DNA of 64,000 bases from a virus. Positions 52,685 through 62,756 of this stretch are shown one piece after another. The DNA lies in the IMG/VR virus record IMGVR_UViG_3300037510_000387. One strand, given 5' to 3'. Each line of letters begins with the position of its first letter. Positions within the stretch are counted from its first letter, which is position 1. Position numbers and translations under genes: made by a program. Below the pieces are notes generated by a model. The model saw nothing but the letters and a program-made list of their open reading frames with translations, searched no databases and was not told where the DNA came from.

Positions 52685-53429
52685 GGATTGAGCCCTCCAG
52701 ATACTGCACGCCTGATGTTTTGCTTTCGGTTTCGTCCTCCAACTGACCAACGGCTTCGAGCCACCCAGCCAACGTCTCCTGCGCCGCATCCACATTATTC
52801 AGGTAGCGCTTCTGAACCTCGTACATCGCTCGCAGGCGAATTGCCGCGGCACCCGCCTCCTGCATGGTCCAGTCGTTCGACCAGGCATCCACTTCCGCCG
52901 TGCTCAACACACGTCCCTCTGTGGGGTGGAAGAACGCGAATCCGCCGGCCGTAGGGTCCCACGACACCCGCGGGATGCCAACGTTCGTGAGGTAGCGCAG
53001 CTCGGCGATGTCGGCTGATGACGACGGCGTGGGCGAAAACCGCAAGGTGCCGTTGCGCCAATCCCACTCGGATGGCTGCGACGTCGAGTTGCCCCAGCCC
53101 AGGATTGACTCCTCCCACATCGAGGTTGAGACGCGCACGCACGCCATGCGCGAGTTTTGGTTGCCCGACAAGATGATCCAAATGATGCGCGAGGCGACTT
53201 CCACGAGATCGGGAGGCAAGCCGAAACCGTCACCCGGGCGATAATCGCGCTTGCCAGCCGTGAGATTGAACTGGAGGGTTTGGTCGCTGAAAAAATAGCG
53301 CTTGTTACGATGGAACAGCATGGCGTCGACGATGTACCGGCGCAGGATCGGCTCGATGCCCGAAACATGCAGGTCGGCCATTGCCCACTGCAAAATTGTG
53401 CCTAGCGTTCCGTCGCCCTTGATCGGCAT
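52677..53429 (-). CDS. head-to-tail adaptor (tail tubular A / gp4-like)
   Basis: L.AGKRDY...LP.D....I; SQPSEWDWRNGTLRFSPTP; helical C-terminus; position after the capsid genes. Confidence 0.7.
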   Translation of the reverse strand: MPIKGDGTLGTILQWAMADLHVSGIEPILRRYIVDAMLFHRNKRYFFSDQTLQFNLTAGKRDYRPGDGFGLPPDLVEVASRIIWIILSGNQNSRMACVRVSTSMWEESILGWGNSTSQPSEWDWRNGTLRFSPTPSSSADIAELRYLTNVGIPRVSWDPTAGGFAFFHPTEGRVLSTAEVDAWSNDWTMQEAGAAAIRLRAMYEVQKRYLNNVDAAQETLAGWLEAVGQLEDETESKTSGVQYLEGSILD

Positions 53430-53435
53430 CGTTTT

Positions 53436-53651
53436 CTAGCTCGTCGCGTACTGGCCAAAGGTTAGGTAGTGCTGAATACCGACACTGTCGTCAGCGCCGA
53501 ATGTGTCCGGGCAGCACCAACAGTCGGGACCGCCAACATGATCGCCAGGGATGTCTCGGCAGATCGTAATTAGCACTATGTCATCGTCACTGCCGGCCAA
53601 ACGTTCCGTATCTGGGCACTCAACTTCGGGACACTCTCGATCGTGCTTCAC
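53436..53651 (-). CDS. small Cys/His/Asp-rich protein
   Basis: AAAGGAG RBS and GTG; HDREC..C...C..H...CWCCP. Confidence 0.55.
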   Translation of the reverse strand: MKHDRECPEVECPDTERLAGSDDDIVLITICRDIPGDHVGGPDCWCCPDTFGADDSVGIQHYLTFGQYATS

Positions 53652-53836
53652 TGCCGGTCTCCTTTGCGCCGTGCGAGGGCAAAAAGCCGAACCAGGCCGA
53701 ACGACGGCGGGCGCCGCCAACCACAGCAACCCGCCGTGCCCGGGGGGAGGAGAGATTCCCCGTTACTGTTGCTCGACCTGGTCCGTAGCACCAACACCTT
53801 GATCTCCAGTGTGCGTGTCGTATGTTGCGTGCTGGC

Positions 53837-54298
53837 CTAGTGCTTCATGCCGGTCGCGCTGTACCCAGTCATACCGATTCCGTACACCCAAGTCCCCGGC
53901 GCCGCCGTTGCCGCCTGGGTATCGATCAAGATCTCCACCCAGTAGTTGACGTTGTCGGTACACCAGCCGATGGCGTTCTCGGTCGCCGGGGCCTTGGTCG
54001 GCCGCGCCAACCCTCCCGCCTGGCCCGCCGTCGACTGGTAGATGATGTACTTCGTCGTGGTGCCGTCCGTCACTCGCAGGCTGAAAACGATCGCCGCCGT
54101 GCCCGTGTCCACATCCGACACCTGGACGAACGAATCCGCGGTGAAGACGATGTTGATGGGCACCTTGAGCAAACGCCGGGTGTCGTTTGTTGAGCCCGGC
54201 GTGAAGGTCTCGGTGAAGATCGGAATGTCGAGCCGAGCCGAGCCCTGCGGCGCGGGCGGAATGAAGTAGTTGTAGTACGTGCCATTCACAGCAGCCAT
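53837..54298 (-). CDS. putative capsid decoration/minor capsid protein
   Basis: AAAGGAGG RBS; directly downstream of the MCP; beta-sandwich composition. Confidence 0.7.
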   Translation of the reverse strand: MAAVNGTYYNYFIPPAPQGSARLDIPIFTETFTPGSTNDTRRLLKVPINIVFTADSFVQVSDVDTGTAAIVFSLRVTDGTTTKYIIYQSTAGQAGGLARPTKAPATENAIGWCTDNVNYWVEILIDTQAATAAPGTWVYGIGMTGYSATGMKH

Positions 54299-54329
54299 TT
54301 GGTTGCCTCCTTTCGTGGTTCGCCCAGCA

Positions 54330-55487
54330 CTAGGCCGAGGTCACCAGCTCCTGTGCGTAGGACACGACAACGATGCGCCCGTAGTCGTCGGTCGTCCCTT
54401 GTTCCTTGACCGAGAAATTGGGGCACGCGAGACCGAGGAACGACGTGGCCGCGATGGCCTTGTTGTTCCCGAAGTCCCAGTTCTCTTCGTCGTTCTGGAA
54501 CAGGTTCTGGCCGTCGTACTCCTTGGCGACGCCGAACACGAGGCTCTGGGCGCCACAGAAGGCGTTGCGACGGGCGTTGGCGACGCGAGTGTTGGTCGAG
54601 CTGAGGCCCGGCGGCACGTAGTTGTTCTCGACGATGAGCACGTCGTCCCAGATGCCGAGGGCGCCAGTCCACCACGGATGGTTTTCGACTTCGCCACCGA
54701 TCATGGCCGCACGCATCACCTCCATCCACTGCGAGTTGGCCTTCATGTGGCGCAGGGCGTAGCTGTGGGCGAACAACACGTACAGCTCCCGGCCGTTGAT
54801 CGACGCCGGCCTGATCGGGATCGGCATGTTCTTGGCGTAAGCCTTGAGCGTGCTGATCGTGTCCAGGTCGATGATCGCGCTGGGGTCGTTGCCCGTGTTC
54901 GTGTCGTCGGTGTCGGTGTTGTTGCCGATCCGGTAGATGTGCTTGGAGTCGGGAGCGTGAGGAGCGTTCGAGAGCGTGTACCCCAGGCTCGCCCCGTTGT
55001 GATACCACTCGGCCTGGGTGCGGACATCATAAGCGACGCCGCCAAGGTGCAGCATCGCCCCGGCTTCGAGCACCTTCGCCCAGTAGATCCCGAGCGAGTC
55101 CTTGCTCTCCTTCCACACGTTCCAGGTGACACGCTTGGCGGTGACACGGCCCACGACCTTCGTGGCGTGGCGGACCTGGTTGATCTGCCACTTGAAGGTC
55201 GCGGTATCGAACGTTTCCTCGCGATCACGGAGCGGGGTATTGCCGAACGTGGGCTCGCCGCGCAGCTCGCGCTTGAGGGTAACGGTTGCCTGGGTGCCCG
55301 AGCCGCCGCCGTTTTCCGAGTCCCACACCTGCTTGCGCTTCTGGCACAGGGCGTCGGGGCCGTCACCGATGAACCCGTACCGCTTCGACATGAGAGGAGT
55401 GCGAAGGGCAATCTGCACCATCAGCTCCTTCTCCCATTTCTGGACGGTTTCCGGGTCGGTCAGGTCGAAATATTGGGAATTGGCCAT
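54330..55487 (-). CDS. major capsid protein (N4-gp56/DUF4043-like)
   Basis: GGAGG RBS; DPETV..W..EL, TLK.ELRGEP..G...L...EE, YVLFAH...G.W..V.I.E; follows portal and scaffold. Confidence 0.88.
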   Translation of the reverse strand: MANSQYFDLTDPETVQKWEKELMVQIALRTPLMSKRYGFIGDGPDALCQKRKQVWDSENGGGSGTQATVTLKRELRGEPTFGNTPLRDREETFDTATFKWQINQVRHATKVVGRVTAKRVTWNVWKESKDSLGIYWAKVLEAGAMLHLGGVAYDVRTQAEWYHNGASLGYTLSNAPHAPDSKHIYRIGNNTDTDDTNTGNDPSAIIDLDTISTLKAYAKNMPIPIRPASINGRELYVLFAHSYALRHMKANSQWMEVMRAAMIGGEVENHPWWTGALGIWDDVLIVENNYVPPGLSSTNTRVANARRNAFCGAQSLVFGVAKEYDGQNLFQNDEENWDFGNNKAIAATSFLGLACPNFSVKEQGTTDDYGRIVVVSYAQELVTSA

Positions 55488-55763
55488 GTTGGGCCAAACC
55501 TCCTGCAAGGTCTGCAAGTCCGGTCAGTTGGTGTCTGCCCCCGGGCGACGAGCGATAAGATCAGTCCGATGCCTGGGGACAAGCCGTCGTGACAATGCGT
55601 TGTGCTGCCGGAGGTTTATGCAGGAGGTCCGGTGACCTGCGGCCCGGATTCGTGCGGGTGTCCGGGTCCCGCGGCCTGGGCTTGGGGAACGCCGCCCAGG
55701 AAGGCGCGAGCCGGGAAGAGAAGGGGAGATGGGGGGCTCCCGGCGGCCCTTGGAGATGAAGCT
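55488..55763 (-). promoter_or_regulatory. ~275-nt structured 5' leader of MCP with two anti-SD elements
   Basis: four hairpins; ACCTCCTGCA (55619-55628) and AAACCTCC (55610-55617) are complementary to the MCP SD region TGCAGGAGGTTT. Confidence 0.6.
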
Positions 55764-55769
55764 GAGAAG

Positions 55770-55799
55770 AGTTTACACCCGGAGCCTGGAGAGTGTCTA
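55770..55799 (-). promoter_or_regulatory. putative MCP promoter
   Basis: TAGACA-18nt-TAAACT. Confidence 0.5.
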
Positions 55800-56222
55800 G
55801 TGCCTGTGCTCGATCACGGCCTCGCACTCTGGCCGAGCCCTGCTCCACTTGAGCCCGTCGACGCTGTAGGCCGTCTCGCCGCCACGAAGGCGCCGCCGCA
55901 GCACCCGGCAAAATCTACAACCCTCTGGCGTGCTCGTTCCTCGCCGTGACGGCCAACGGTGCCGGCCGACCGTTCGAGGCCCGGTGTCCCGGAGCCCCGT
56001 GGCGGGCAGCTCGTACAGGTAGGCGCTCGGGCCACGTCTTCCGGTTACTGCCGTCCGGTGCGTCAGCCCTGTACGCCGTACCTTGCGTGCCCGCCACAGG
56101 ACGCCCAGGATCGCCGCGCAGTGCTTCGATGGCAACCCGGTCTCGTCCGCGATCTCAACAGCGGTTGCGGGCCCTTCGGCGAGGACTGCCAGGACCCGGG
56201 AGCGTTGGGAAGCGCGCCGCAC
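55797..56222 (-). CDS. winged-helix DNA-binding protein
   Basis: RVLAVLAEGPATAVEIADETGLPSKHCAAILGVL...GRRGPSAYLYEL. Confidence 0.6.
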   Translation of the reverse strand: MRRASQRSRVLAVLAEGPATAVEIADETGLPSKHCAAILGVLWRARKVRRTGLTHRTAVTGRRGPSAYLYELPATGLRDTGPRTVGRHRWPSRRGTSTPEGCRFCRVLRRRLRGGETAYSVDGLKWSRARPECEAVIEHRH

Positions 56223-56231
56223 CGGCTTTGC

Positions 56232-57404
56232 TCAACGTGCCTTCCGGTGCTTGGCCGCCCGCTGCTCCTCGTTCCCCAGGAGCCCAGCCAGCACCGCCTC
56301 GACGTAATCGTCCGCGTCCTCGAAGGCGTCGGCGTCCGGCATCTGCCCCGGAAGGCTCGACGGGCGGCCAGAGGAGGCCACGGCCACGGGACCGCGGCGT
56401 TGGGCGGCCTGGGCGTCGGCAGACACCCTCTGCATGGTCGAGGGGGTGGCGCCAGGACGAGCACCGGGGTTGGGCTGCTGGCCACCACCCTGCCCGTTGC
56501 CATTCGTGGGCGCCGGCTGTGCGGCCTGCCCGTTCTTGCCCACGCGCTGCACGAGCCCCATCTGCTCCAACGCCGAAATCATCCCGTTCAACCGCCCCTT
56601 GAGCACATCGCGGTAGTCGACGCCGTTCATCTCCGCGCGCCGGATGTCGAGCTGCTGGGACAGGGCAACGAACTCATGGATCTGTGCAGGCTCGGCGTCA
56701 GGGAAATAGCTCGTGGCCGCGTCGTAGGCCATGTTCGAGTAGACGTCGTACGCGTGTGCGAACTCCTGGTCGGCCTCGCCCTCGAACCCCGGCAGCCCCA
56801 GACCCCGCGCGATCTTGTCGTAGCCTTGGGCGTCGATCTGGGCCAGCTCACCCTGAGCCTGTTGCTCGATTTCGGCACGTTGGCGGGCTTGCGCGGCTTC
56901 CCAGTCCTCACGGCGCCGGGCCTCATCGCGCCGCAAGCCCTCCTCCAGCAACCATTCCTGGTACTCGGGAGTGCCCTTCTCGGGAATTTGAGCGGCTTGC
57001 AGCTCCAGGGCCTCCTGGCGCTGGCGGTTCCAGTGGTCCAAGAGCATTGGCTTGAGGGATTCGCGCAAGGCGGCCAGCTCTTGGGCGTTGCGCTCGCGTT
57101 CCCTGGCCAGATCCTTCTTGTACGACCCGTTCTTGCGGTTGAGGTGGAGGGTCATCCGAGCGTAGGCTTGCTCGGTTGTTTCGCCAGGCACAACGCGCAG
57201 GTTTTCCTCGCGCATTGCCTGCCACAGCTCGGCAGGAAGGCCAGATGCGGCGGCCGGGTCCTGGGTTTGGGCCGGTTGGGCCGGAGCGTTCGGGTCCTGT
57301 GCCGGGGGACCGCCCTCGTCGGGGCTTGACGTGCGGGTCAGCGGAAGGTCGAAGTCGTCCATGCCAGAATCGGCCTGGGTCGGGTTGGTGCCTTCATCGG
57401 CCAT
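56232..57404 (-). CDS. capsid scaffolding protein
   Basis: acidic N-terminus, long coiled coil, C-terminal helix plus basic tail; between portal and MCP. Confidence 0.8.
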   Translation of the reverse strand: MADEGTNPTQADSGMDDFDLPLTRTSSPDEGGPPAQDPNAPAQPAQTQDPAAASGLPAELWQAMREENLRVVPGETTEQAYARMTLHLNRKNGSYKKDLARERERNAQELAALRESLKPMLLDHWNRQRQEALELQAAQIPEKGTPEYQEWLLEEGLRRDEARRREDWEAAQARQRAEIEQQAQGELAQIDAQGYDKIARGLGLPGFEGEADQEFAHAYDVYSNMAYDAATSYFPDAEPAQIHEFVALSQQLDIRRAEMNGVDYRDVLKGRLNGMISALEQMGLVQRVGKNGQAAQPAPTNGNGQGGGQQPNPGARPGATPSTMQRVSADAQAAQRRGPVAVASSGRPSSLPGQMPDADAFEDADDYVEAVLAGLLGNEEQRAAKHRKAR

Positions 57405-57440
57405 TATAAATCTCCTTTTGGCGAACCATGAACACTAGCA

Positions 57441-59663
57441 TTATTGCTGCTGGCCAGGAGTCGGTTGGCCCTGGCCTTGTCCATTTCCCTGTGCCGCGCC
57501 CTGTGCCTGCGACTGGTCCTGCCGAAGCCCCGCGAGCACCAGCGCTTGGTCCGCGGCATCCGGCGCTACCGCAGCCAGGTCCTTATAGTTGATCGACACT
57601 GCCTCTTTGGCGTGTTCCTTGTCCGCCTGCTCCTGCTGTTGCTGCTGAGCCTGGGCCTTTTGCTGCTGGAACTGCCGCTGCTGCATCTTGATCCGGGCCA
57701 GCATCTTCTGGCGCAATGCGGCCGGCATTTTCGGGAACATTTTGATCCAGTCCTCAGCCTGGAACAGGGGCTGTCCCGTGTCCGGCATCGGAGCTTGGAG
57801 CAGTTGGACCTGGGTCTGCACAACGCTCCAAAAAGTTTCGAGGTCGGAATCGCTCGGCGCCACTTCCTCGATAGCGATTTCTTTCCACGAGTCCTCGTGC
57901 CACATTTCCTTGGGCGGAATCGTGAACGTGCGTTGGCCGGTCGGTTCGCCGGTTGTCGGATCGAGCACGTCGTCGTAGGCATCGGATTCGCCAATGAACT
58001 GCACGAGGTCTTCGGGCTCCCACAACGTGCGGGCAAAGGCCAAAAAGATCCGGCCACCGTCGCGACGATACAGCCTGAGCGAGTCGATCCGTTCCGCATT
58101 GCTCGTCATGGTGGCATCGGCCAACTGCTTGATGACCTCGCCCGACACACGGCGGATATCCGAGCCCAACTGTCCAAGCGCCGCCGGATTGAACCCCGCC
58201 AAGCGCGGAATCGCTTCTCGATAGAACTCAAGCATCGTTTGGAGCTTGTCACCGTATTGCCCGGACGGCGCAGGGATCAGCTCATAGGGCCTGTTGCCCC
58301 CCGTGCCTGCCAACCGCCCACGCTGTACCTCGATCACACCACCAGGAGCCGTCCACGCCGTCAAAGCCTCGTTTTTGTCGCGGAACAACCCCTGCTCGAC
58401 CATGATGCCGCCTTTGGGGTTGATCTGAATGTCCCGGATCAGGGCGCTCATCATGTAATTGACCATTTTTTGGGCGTCTTCGAGGTCCTTGAGCAGCGAG
58501 ATGTAGAGCGTGCGGTCCTCCAGCTCGATCACCTCAGCGGCCATGGCTTGGAATGTGAACAAGCCCTGCTCGATCTCGCCTTCTTCGAGGATCTCGTCGC
58601 CGCACCCATAGATGTACTTGTACACCATGCGCTGCTTGCGGGCCGCGGCATCGTCGGGCACATCCTCGTCGAAGGCAGCCAAGCGCTCACGACGGAAATC
58701 CTTGAGCTGGTCGACGGTCATCTCAACGGTCTCGAACGGATCGGGAGGACCGTTCTCCGGTGAACCCTGCCCACTGCTCTCGGACCCCTGGAGCGCGAGA
58801 ATCCGCTGCTTGTCCAGCTCCAACGCCTGCTCGTACGACATTGACGGATCAACCGGCCGCGCGACCTCCCAGTACGTCTCCATTTCGCGCAGCTCTTCGC
58901 GCTCGATCCAGAAGCAGCGGGTTTTGGGGTCGTACACGTCCTGCATGGACAGGGGTCGGTTGCCGATGTCGCCCGACCACGGGATGCGCGACGATTGGCC
59001 CGTTTGCTGTTGGAGCGCGGACCACTGGCGCTGGCCAAGTTGGAGCCGAATCTTGTCGTAGGCATTGGACCAACGAGCGCGCACCGTCGACTGTGGCCAC
59101 CACGAGCCCCAACGATGCCAGGCACGATCGCTGAGGTTGATCTGCCGCGTGCTCGGCCACATCATCTGCCAAATTGGGACCGTTTCGTACCGGAGCTGGG
59201 GTGTTGAGCGCGACCAGTCGTCGACAAACCACCGGACCCATGAGATTCCTTGGATGCCGGGCCCGTCCCGGAACGCCGCCGAGTCGACCTGCTCGCCGTC
59301 ACATGCCTGACACACCGCCTTGTCGACGCGCGAGAGGGTTTCGGCGAACCGTGCGGTGTCCTGGTTGCGCGGGATATACTCGCGCTCGACACGCTGCATG
59401 ATCTGTTTGCCGGAGAAGGCAGCGAGGACACGGGAGGTCTCGGGCACCGTGAGGCGAGCGGAACGTTTGTTGGGGTCGTTCGCGAGGTTGCCGGGCGATT
59501 TGGGATCGGGCCACTGTTTGCGCGCGGCAAACTTCTTGAGGCGCGAGGCTTCGGCCCAGAAGTCGCGGCAGTTGGCAATACCCTCCGCGCGGTGCTCACG
59601 CCAGAGCGTCAAGGTCGACGTGTCGGTCGAAAGGCGATCGCTGTATGAGACGGTGTCAGCCAC
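57441..59663 (-). CDS. portal protein (P22-like)
   Basis: 740 aa; GISWV, WQMMWP, LLKDLEDAQKMVNYMMS, Q-rich C-terminal helical barrel; follows TerL. Confidence 0.88.
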   Translation of the reverse strand: MADTVSYSDRLSTDTSTLTLWREHRAEGIANCRDFWAEASRLKKFAARKQWPDPKSPGNLANDPNKRSARLTVPETSRVLAAFSGKQIMQRVEREYIPRNQDTARFAETLSRVDKAVCQACDGEQVDSAAFRDGPGIQGISWVRWFVDDWSRSTPQLRYETVPIWQMMWPSTRQINLSDRAWHRWGSWWPQSTVRARWSNAYDKIRLQLGQRQWSALQQQTGQSSRIPWSGDIGNRPLSMQDVYDPKTRCFWIEREELREMETYWEVARPVDPSMSYEQALELDKQRILALQGSESSGQGSPENGPPDPFETVEMTVDQLKDFRRERLAAFDEDVPDDAAARKQRMVYKYIYGCGDEILEEGEIEQGLFTFQAMAAEVIELEDRTLYISLLKDLEDAQKMVNYMMSALIRDIQINPKGGIMVEQGLFRDKNEALTAWTAPGGVIEVQRGRLAGTGGNRPYELIPAPSGQYGDKLQTMLEFYREAIPRLAGFNPAALGQLGSDIRRVSGEVIKQLADATMTSNAERIDSLRLYRRDGGRIFLAFARTLWEPEDLVQFIGESDAYDDVLDPTTGEPTGQRTFTIPPKEMWHEDSWKEIAIEEVAPSDSDLETFWSVVQTQVQLLQAPMPDTGQPLFQAEDWIKMFPKMPAALRQKMLARIKMQQRQFQQQKAQAQQQQQEQADKEHAKEAVSINYKDLAAVAPDAADQALVLAGLRQDQSQAQGAAQGNGQGQGQPTPGQQQ

Positions 59664-59838
59664 CGACAGCCATCCTTACCGATGAAAGAGTCGTCACGAT
59701 ATAATCGTTGCCGTAGGTCTCGCCAATACCGGCCAGCAGCTCCTCCTCTGTGTTAAATCCACGAGGATGCCAACCGTCATATCCGAGATCGACCCAAAGG
59801 ATGAATCGAAACTTGCCAAGATCTTCTGACTCTTTCAT
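59656..59838 (-). CDS. small hypothetical protein
   Basis: GAGGG RBS; between TerL and portal. Confidence 0.6.
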   Translation of the reverse strand: MKESEDLGKFRFILWVDLGYDGWHPRGFNTEEELLAGIGETYGNDYIVTTLSSVRMAVGG

Positions 59839-59841
59839 GTC

Positions 59842-61716
59842 CTAGAGTCCCTCATGCATCCAGCCGTCGTCCCCGCCACCATCCCGCTCAGCGTAGGCCC
59901 GTCGCCCATGCCGCATCGCCACTCTCTCCCGCATGTCCGCTTCCTGATCCGTCTCCGGGAACTCCAGCGCGAACACCCCGCGCTTCACATCGTTTGGCGC
60001 CATCAGCAACGCATCACTGTCCAGCCCGTCGTCGGTGAACGGCATCGGGAACGGCGCGTATTCCTCGTCCCGGTACATCTTCATCAGGTCGAACCGGCGG
60101 CCGTTCTCGTCCTCCGTCATCAACAGGCCCTCGGCCGGCCACAACCTTTTCCCGTTCCTGTACATCGGCTCCAACCTGAGCCACTCACGCATCCGCTTTT
60201 GCCCAGGCCCACCGCCCCAGTTGATCGCCCGGCCCCCGATTTCCTTGACGTTCGCCGGGCCGATGTTGCCTGGCCAGTGGTGCCGCGCCTCACAATAGGC
60301 GATGAAGTGGGCGGACCAGGTGCTTTGCGCCACCTCTTCGAACCGGTACTCCTTGATGATACCGATCCCTTCCCACAGGCACCCCAACAGCCACATTTCC
60401 TTGCCAAAGTCACTCGGCGCGATCTTTTTGCGCAGGCCGCCCACCCAAGCGATTTCGCCCGTCGACAAGCACGCTTCCACGCGCGCGAACGTTGGGTCAC
60501 CGATTCCCTTCGACGGATCGACGCAAATATACAGGAACGCGCCCTCGGCCATCATCTCAGGCCGCACGGTGTAGTACCTGAGCCAGTCCGTCTTGAGGCG
60601 TTTTTCGCTTCCGACGATATCGCCCAACATCTGGCGGCGGTAGTCGTCGAGTCCGCCAGGCGTGTCCAACGCGTCGAGCCGCATCATGGCCAACTCAAGC
60701 GGATGGTGAAACACGGGCGGGCCTTCGAGCCGGACTTGGCGCAGAGCGATGGGCAGCTCGCGGATTTCGCCGGTTTCGCGGTTCACCAACTTGCCGTCGC
60801 ACTCGTCGTACAGGGCGGCGATGTCGGGCGCGTCGTCCGGTCGGTCCAAGTCCTCTGCCGGATGGAAGATATGGCCGTACGTGGGCGATTTGAGCAGGTT
60901 GGCAACGAGCCCGTTGGGGTGGTGCGCGGTCGCATCGATGTACACGGACACGCCACGCCCGGCCGTTTTCTTGAACGACGAGAACCGGGCGAGCAGCTTT
61001 TCGCGCTGTGTGTCGCTGCCGATCGTGTCTTCTGTTTCGAGGTCATCGAAGAAGAAATCCCCGATGCGCGATCCCGTGGGGACGTGCTCGATGGCCCACC
61101 AGGACAACGTAGGCAGCACGGCCGGGATCTTGCGCCGCACGGTGCAGCCGGTTTCTTGATTCCACAGCGAGCACGCCGGGTCCTTTTTGGGATTTTGGAA
61201 GAACACGTCAGGCCAAGCAGCTTTCAGCTCAACGTTGTTCTCCCACTCCAACATGACCCGGATGCCGTGTTTGGCCGCCGCGTCTTTCTGGTGTGCAGCG
61301 ATGGCCATCACTCGATCTGGGTTGACAACAACTTTGCACGTGGCGCCCACGTAAATGGTCCAGTGAGATTTCCACATCCCACGTCCAGAGGTGTTGACCT
61401 TGCCTTCGCCCTCGTGCTGGATCTCGTGTGCATGGTGCCACTGGAAATCGCAATCAGCCTCGATGCGCCCGGTGTACGGGTCGATACGCTGGCCACCGGA
61501 CAGGAACAAGTTGGTCATGTAGAACGAGGTTGCGGAATATTGCCTGACTAGAGCCTGCCACTGCGCGAGATTGGTTTGTGCCAGGCGATCGATCGTCGCT
61601 ATGAGGTCGAAAGCGTCCGAACGTGTCTGGGGCTGCTCGACCTCGATGAGCGTAGGTTGGCCCTGGGCATCGAGCGCGAGTCTTTCAAAATAATCTATAT
61701 AGCGAGGCCAGTTCAT
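59842..61716 (-). CDS. terminase large subunit
   Basis: GRGMWKS Walker A variant, DFFFDDLE Walker B, YICVDPS and DDGLD RNase H-like nuclease acids; ATGA overlap start. Confidence 0.9.
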   Translation of the reverse strand: MNWPRYIDYFERLALDAQGQPTLIEVEQPQTRSDAFDLIATIDRLAQTNLAQWQALVRQYSATSFYMTNLFLSGGQRIDPYTGRIEADCDFQWHHAHEIQHEGEGKVNTSGRGMWKSHWTIYVGATCKVVVNPDRVMAIAAHQKDAAAKHGIRVMLEWENNVELKAAWPDVFFQNPKKDPACSLWNQETGCTVRRKIPAVLPTLSWWAIEHVPTGSRIGDFFFDDLETEDTIGSDTQREKLLARFSSFKKTAGRGVSVYIDATAHHPNGLVANLLKSPTYGHIFHPAEDLDRPDDAPDIAALYDECDGKLVNRETGEIRELPIALRQVRLEGPPVFHHPLELAMMRLDALDTPGGLDDYRRQMLGDIVGSEKRLKTDWLRYYTVRPEMMAEGAFLYICVDPSKGIGDPTFARVEACLSTGEIAWVGGLRKKIAPSDFGKEMWLLGCLWEGIGIIKEYRFEEVAQSTWSAHFIAYCEARHHWPGNIGPANVKEIGGRAINWGGGPGQKRMREWLRLEPMYRNGKRLWPAEGLLMTEDENGRRFDLMKMYRDEEYAPFPMPFTDDGLDSDALLMAPNDVKRGVFALEFPETDQEADMRERVAMRHGRRAYAERDGGGDDGWMHEGL

Positions 61717-61913
61717 TTCGTGCGTCCGGCCGTTCCCGGCACGATCGGCTTGAGCTTGAACGGCGGCTTGTGCCGAACGAGCTGAGTCGACAACGTCCCG
61801 TGAGTGAACTTTTGGGTCGCGGGCACCATCGATTCCGACGACGAGCCCAACATGCCAAGCTGGCTCTTGAGGTGCCCGATCGCGGCGTCGATACCCATGC
61901 CCGAACGAGCCAT
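61713..61913 (-). CDS. small hypothetical protein
   Basis: overlaps TerS stop and TerL start. Confidence 0.6.
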   Translation of the reverse strand: MARSGMGIDAAIGHLKSQLGMLGSSSESMVPATQKFTHGTLSTQLVRHKPPFKLKPIVPGTAGRTK

Positions 61914-62749
61914 CAGTCGGACCCTCCATCGACCACGAACACGCCAACTTTCTCACGTTCCGGTGCTAGGTCGATCGTCACGCTAGGGCGGCTGTCAGCA
62001 GCCAAGGCTCTAGGTGCAGGTGAAGGTTCCGGGTCCGAGCGCCCCGCGTTGATCCGTCGCACACGGCTCTGGCTGGCCAACACAATTTCCCTTGCTGCTT
62101 CCGGAGCCATCATGTGCAGGTGCGCGTGCTGATGGTCGTGTCGATGCTCAATCTCTCCCGTGACCTTAACCTCTTGCTGCTTGGGCACCACATGCAGGTT
62201 CGGAAGCGTGGCCTCAAGAATCTGCTGCCGGACCCCAGCGGCCATTTTCCCGTCCCCCTCAGCCGTCTGCATCTGCAACTCTCTCAACTTCGCGACCCGG
62301 GCCATTTCCGCTGCCCGGAACCGCCACACGAACTCGGGGTCGAAGTGCTTCCCGCGTGCGTCCATCACGTTGAGCACCACCCCATATCCCACGCCGGCCA
62401 TCTGTGCCGCGCGCTCGGCGTTCCCCTCGCAGATCTCCATCGCGCTCAGGAAATCGTCGTGCCAATCCTTGCTCAGCACTAGCTCGTCCTGCCCGTTCCG
62501 CTTCTGCCATAACCCGAGCGCGGCCTTGAGCTGCTCGCCCCACGAAGACGTCTCAGCCCATTTCGAGATCTCGGCGCGCAGCTTTTGAACGCTAAGGTTG
62601 ATGCCAGCCCCTTGCATGTCATCGACGGCGGCCTGGCACACGGCCATCACGAACTCGCCCTCTTGTAGACGAGTGAGCACGCCCTCGGGGGTCCACCACG
62701 AGGGGCGTTTGCGACGGATCGCGGCAGCTGAGCGCTTGGCGTAGGACAC
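61913..62749 (-). CDS. terminase small subunit
   Basis: HTH FLSAMEICEGNAERAAQMAGVGYGVV, oligomerisation helices, EVKVTGEIEHRHDH tail; upstream of TerL. Confidence 0.7.
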   Translation of the reverse strand: MSYAKRSAAAIRRKRPSWWTPEGVLTRLQEGEFVMAVCQAAVDDMQGAGINLSVQKLRAEISKWAETSSWGEQLKAALGLWQKRNGQDELVLSKDWHDDFLSAMEICEGNAERAAQMAGVGYGVVLNVMDARGKHFDPEFVWRFRAAEMARVAKLRELQMQTAEGDGKMAAGVRQQILEATLPNLHVVPKQQEVKVTGEIEHRHDHQHAHLHMMAPEAAREIVLASQSRVRRINAGRSDPEPSPAPRALAADSRPSVTIDLAPEREKVGVFVVDGGSD

Positions 62750-62756
62750 AGGGCAC

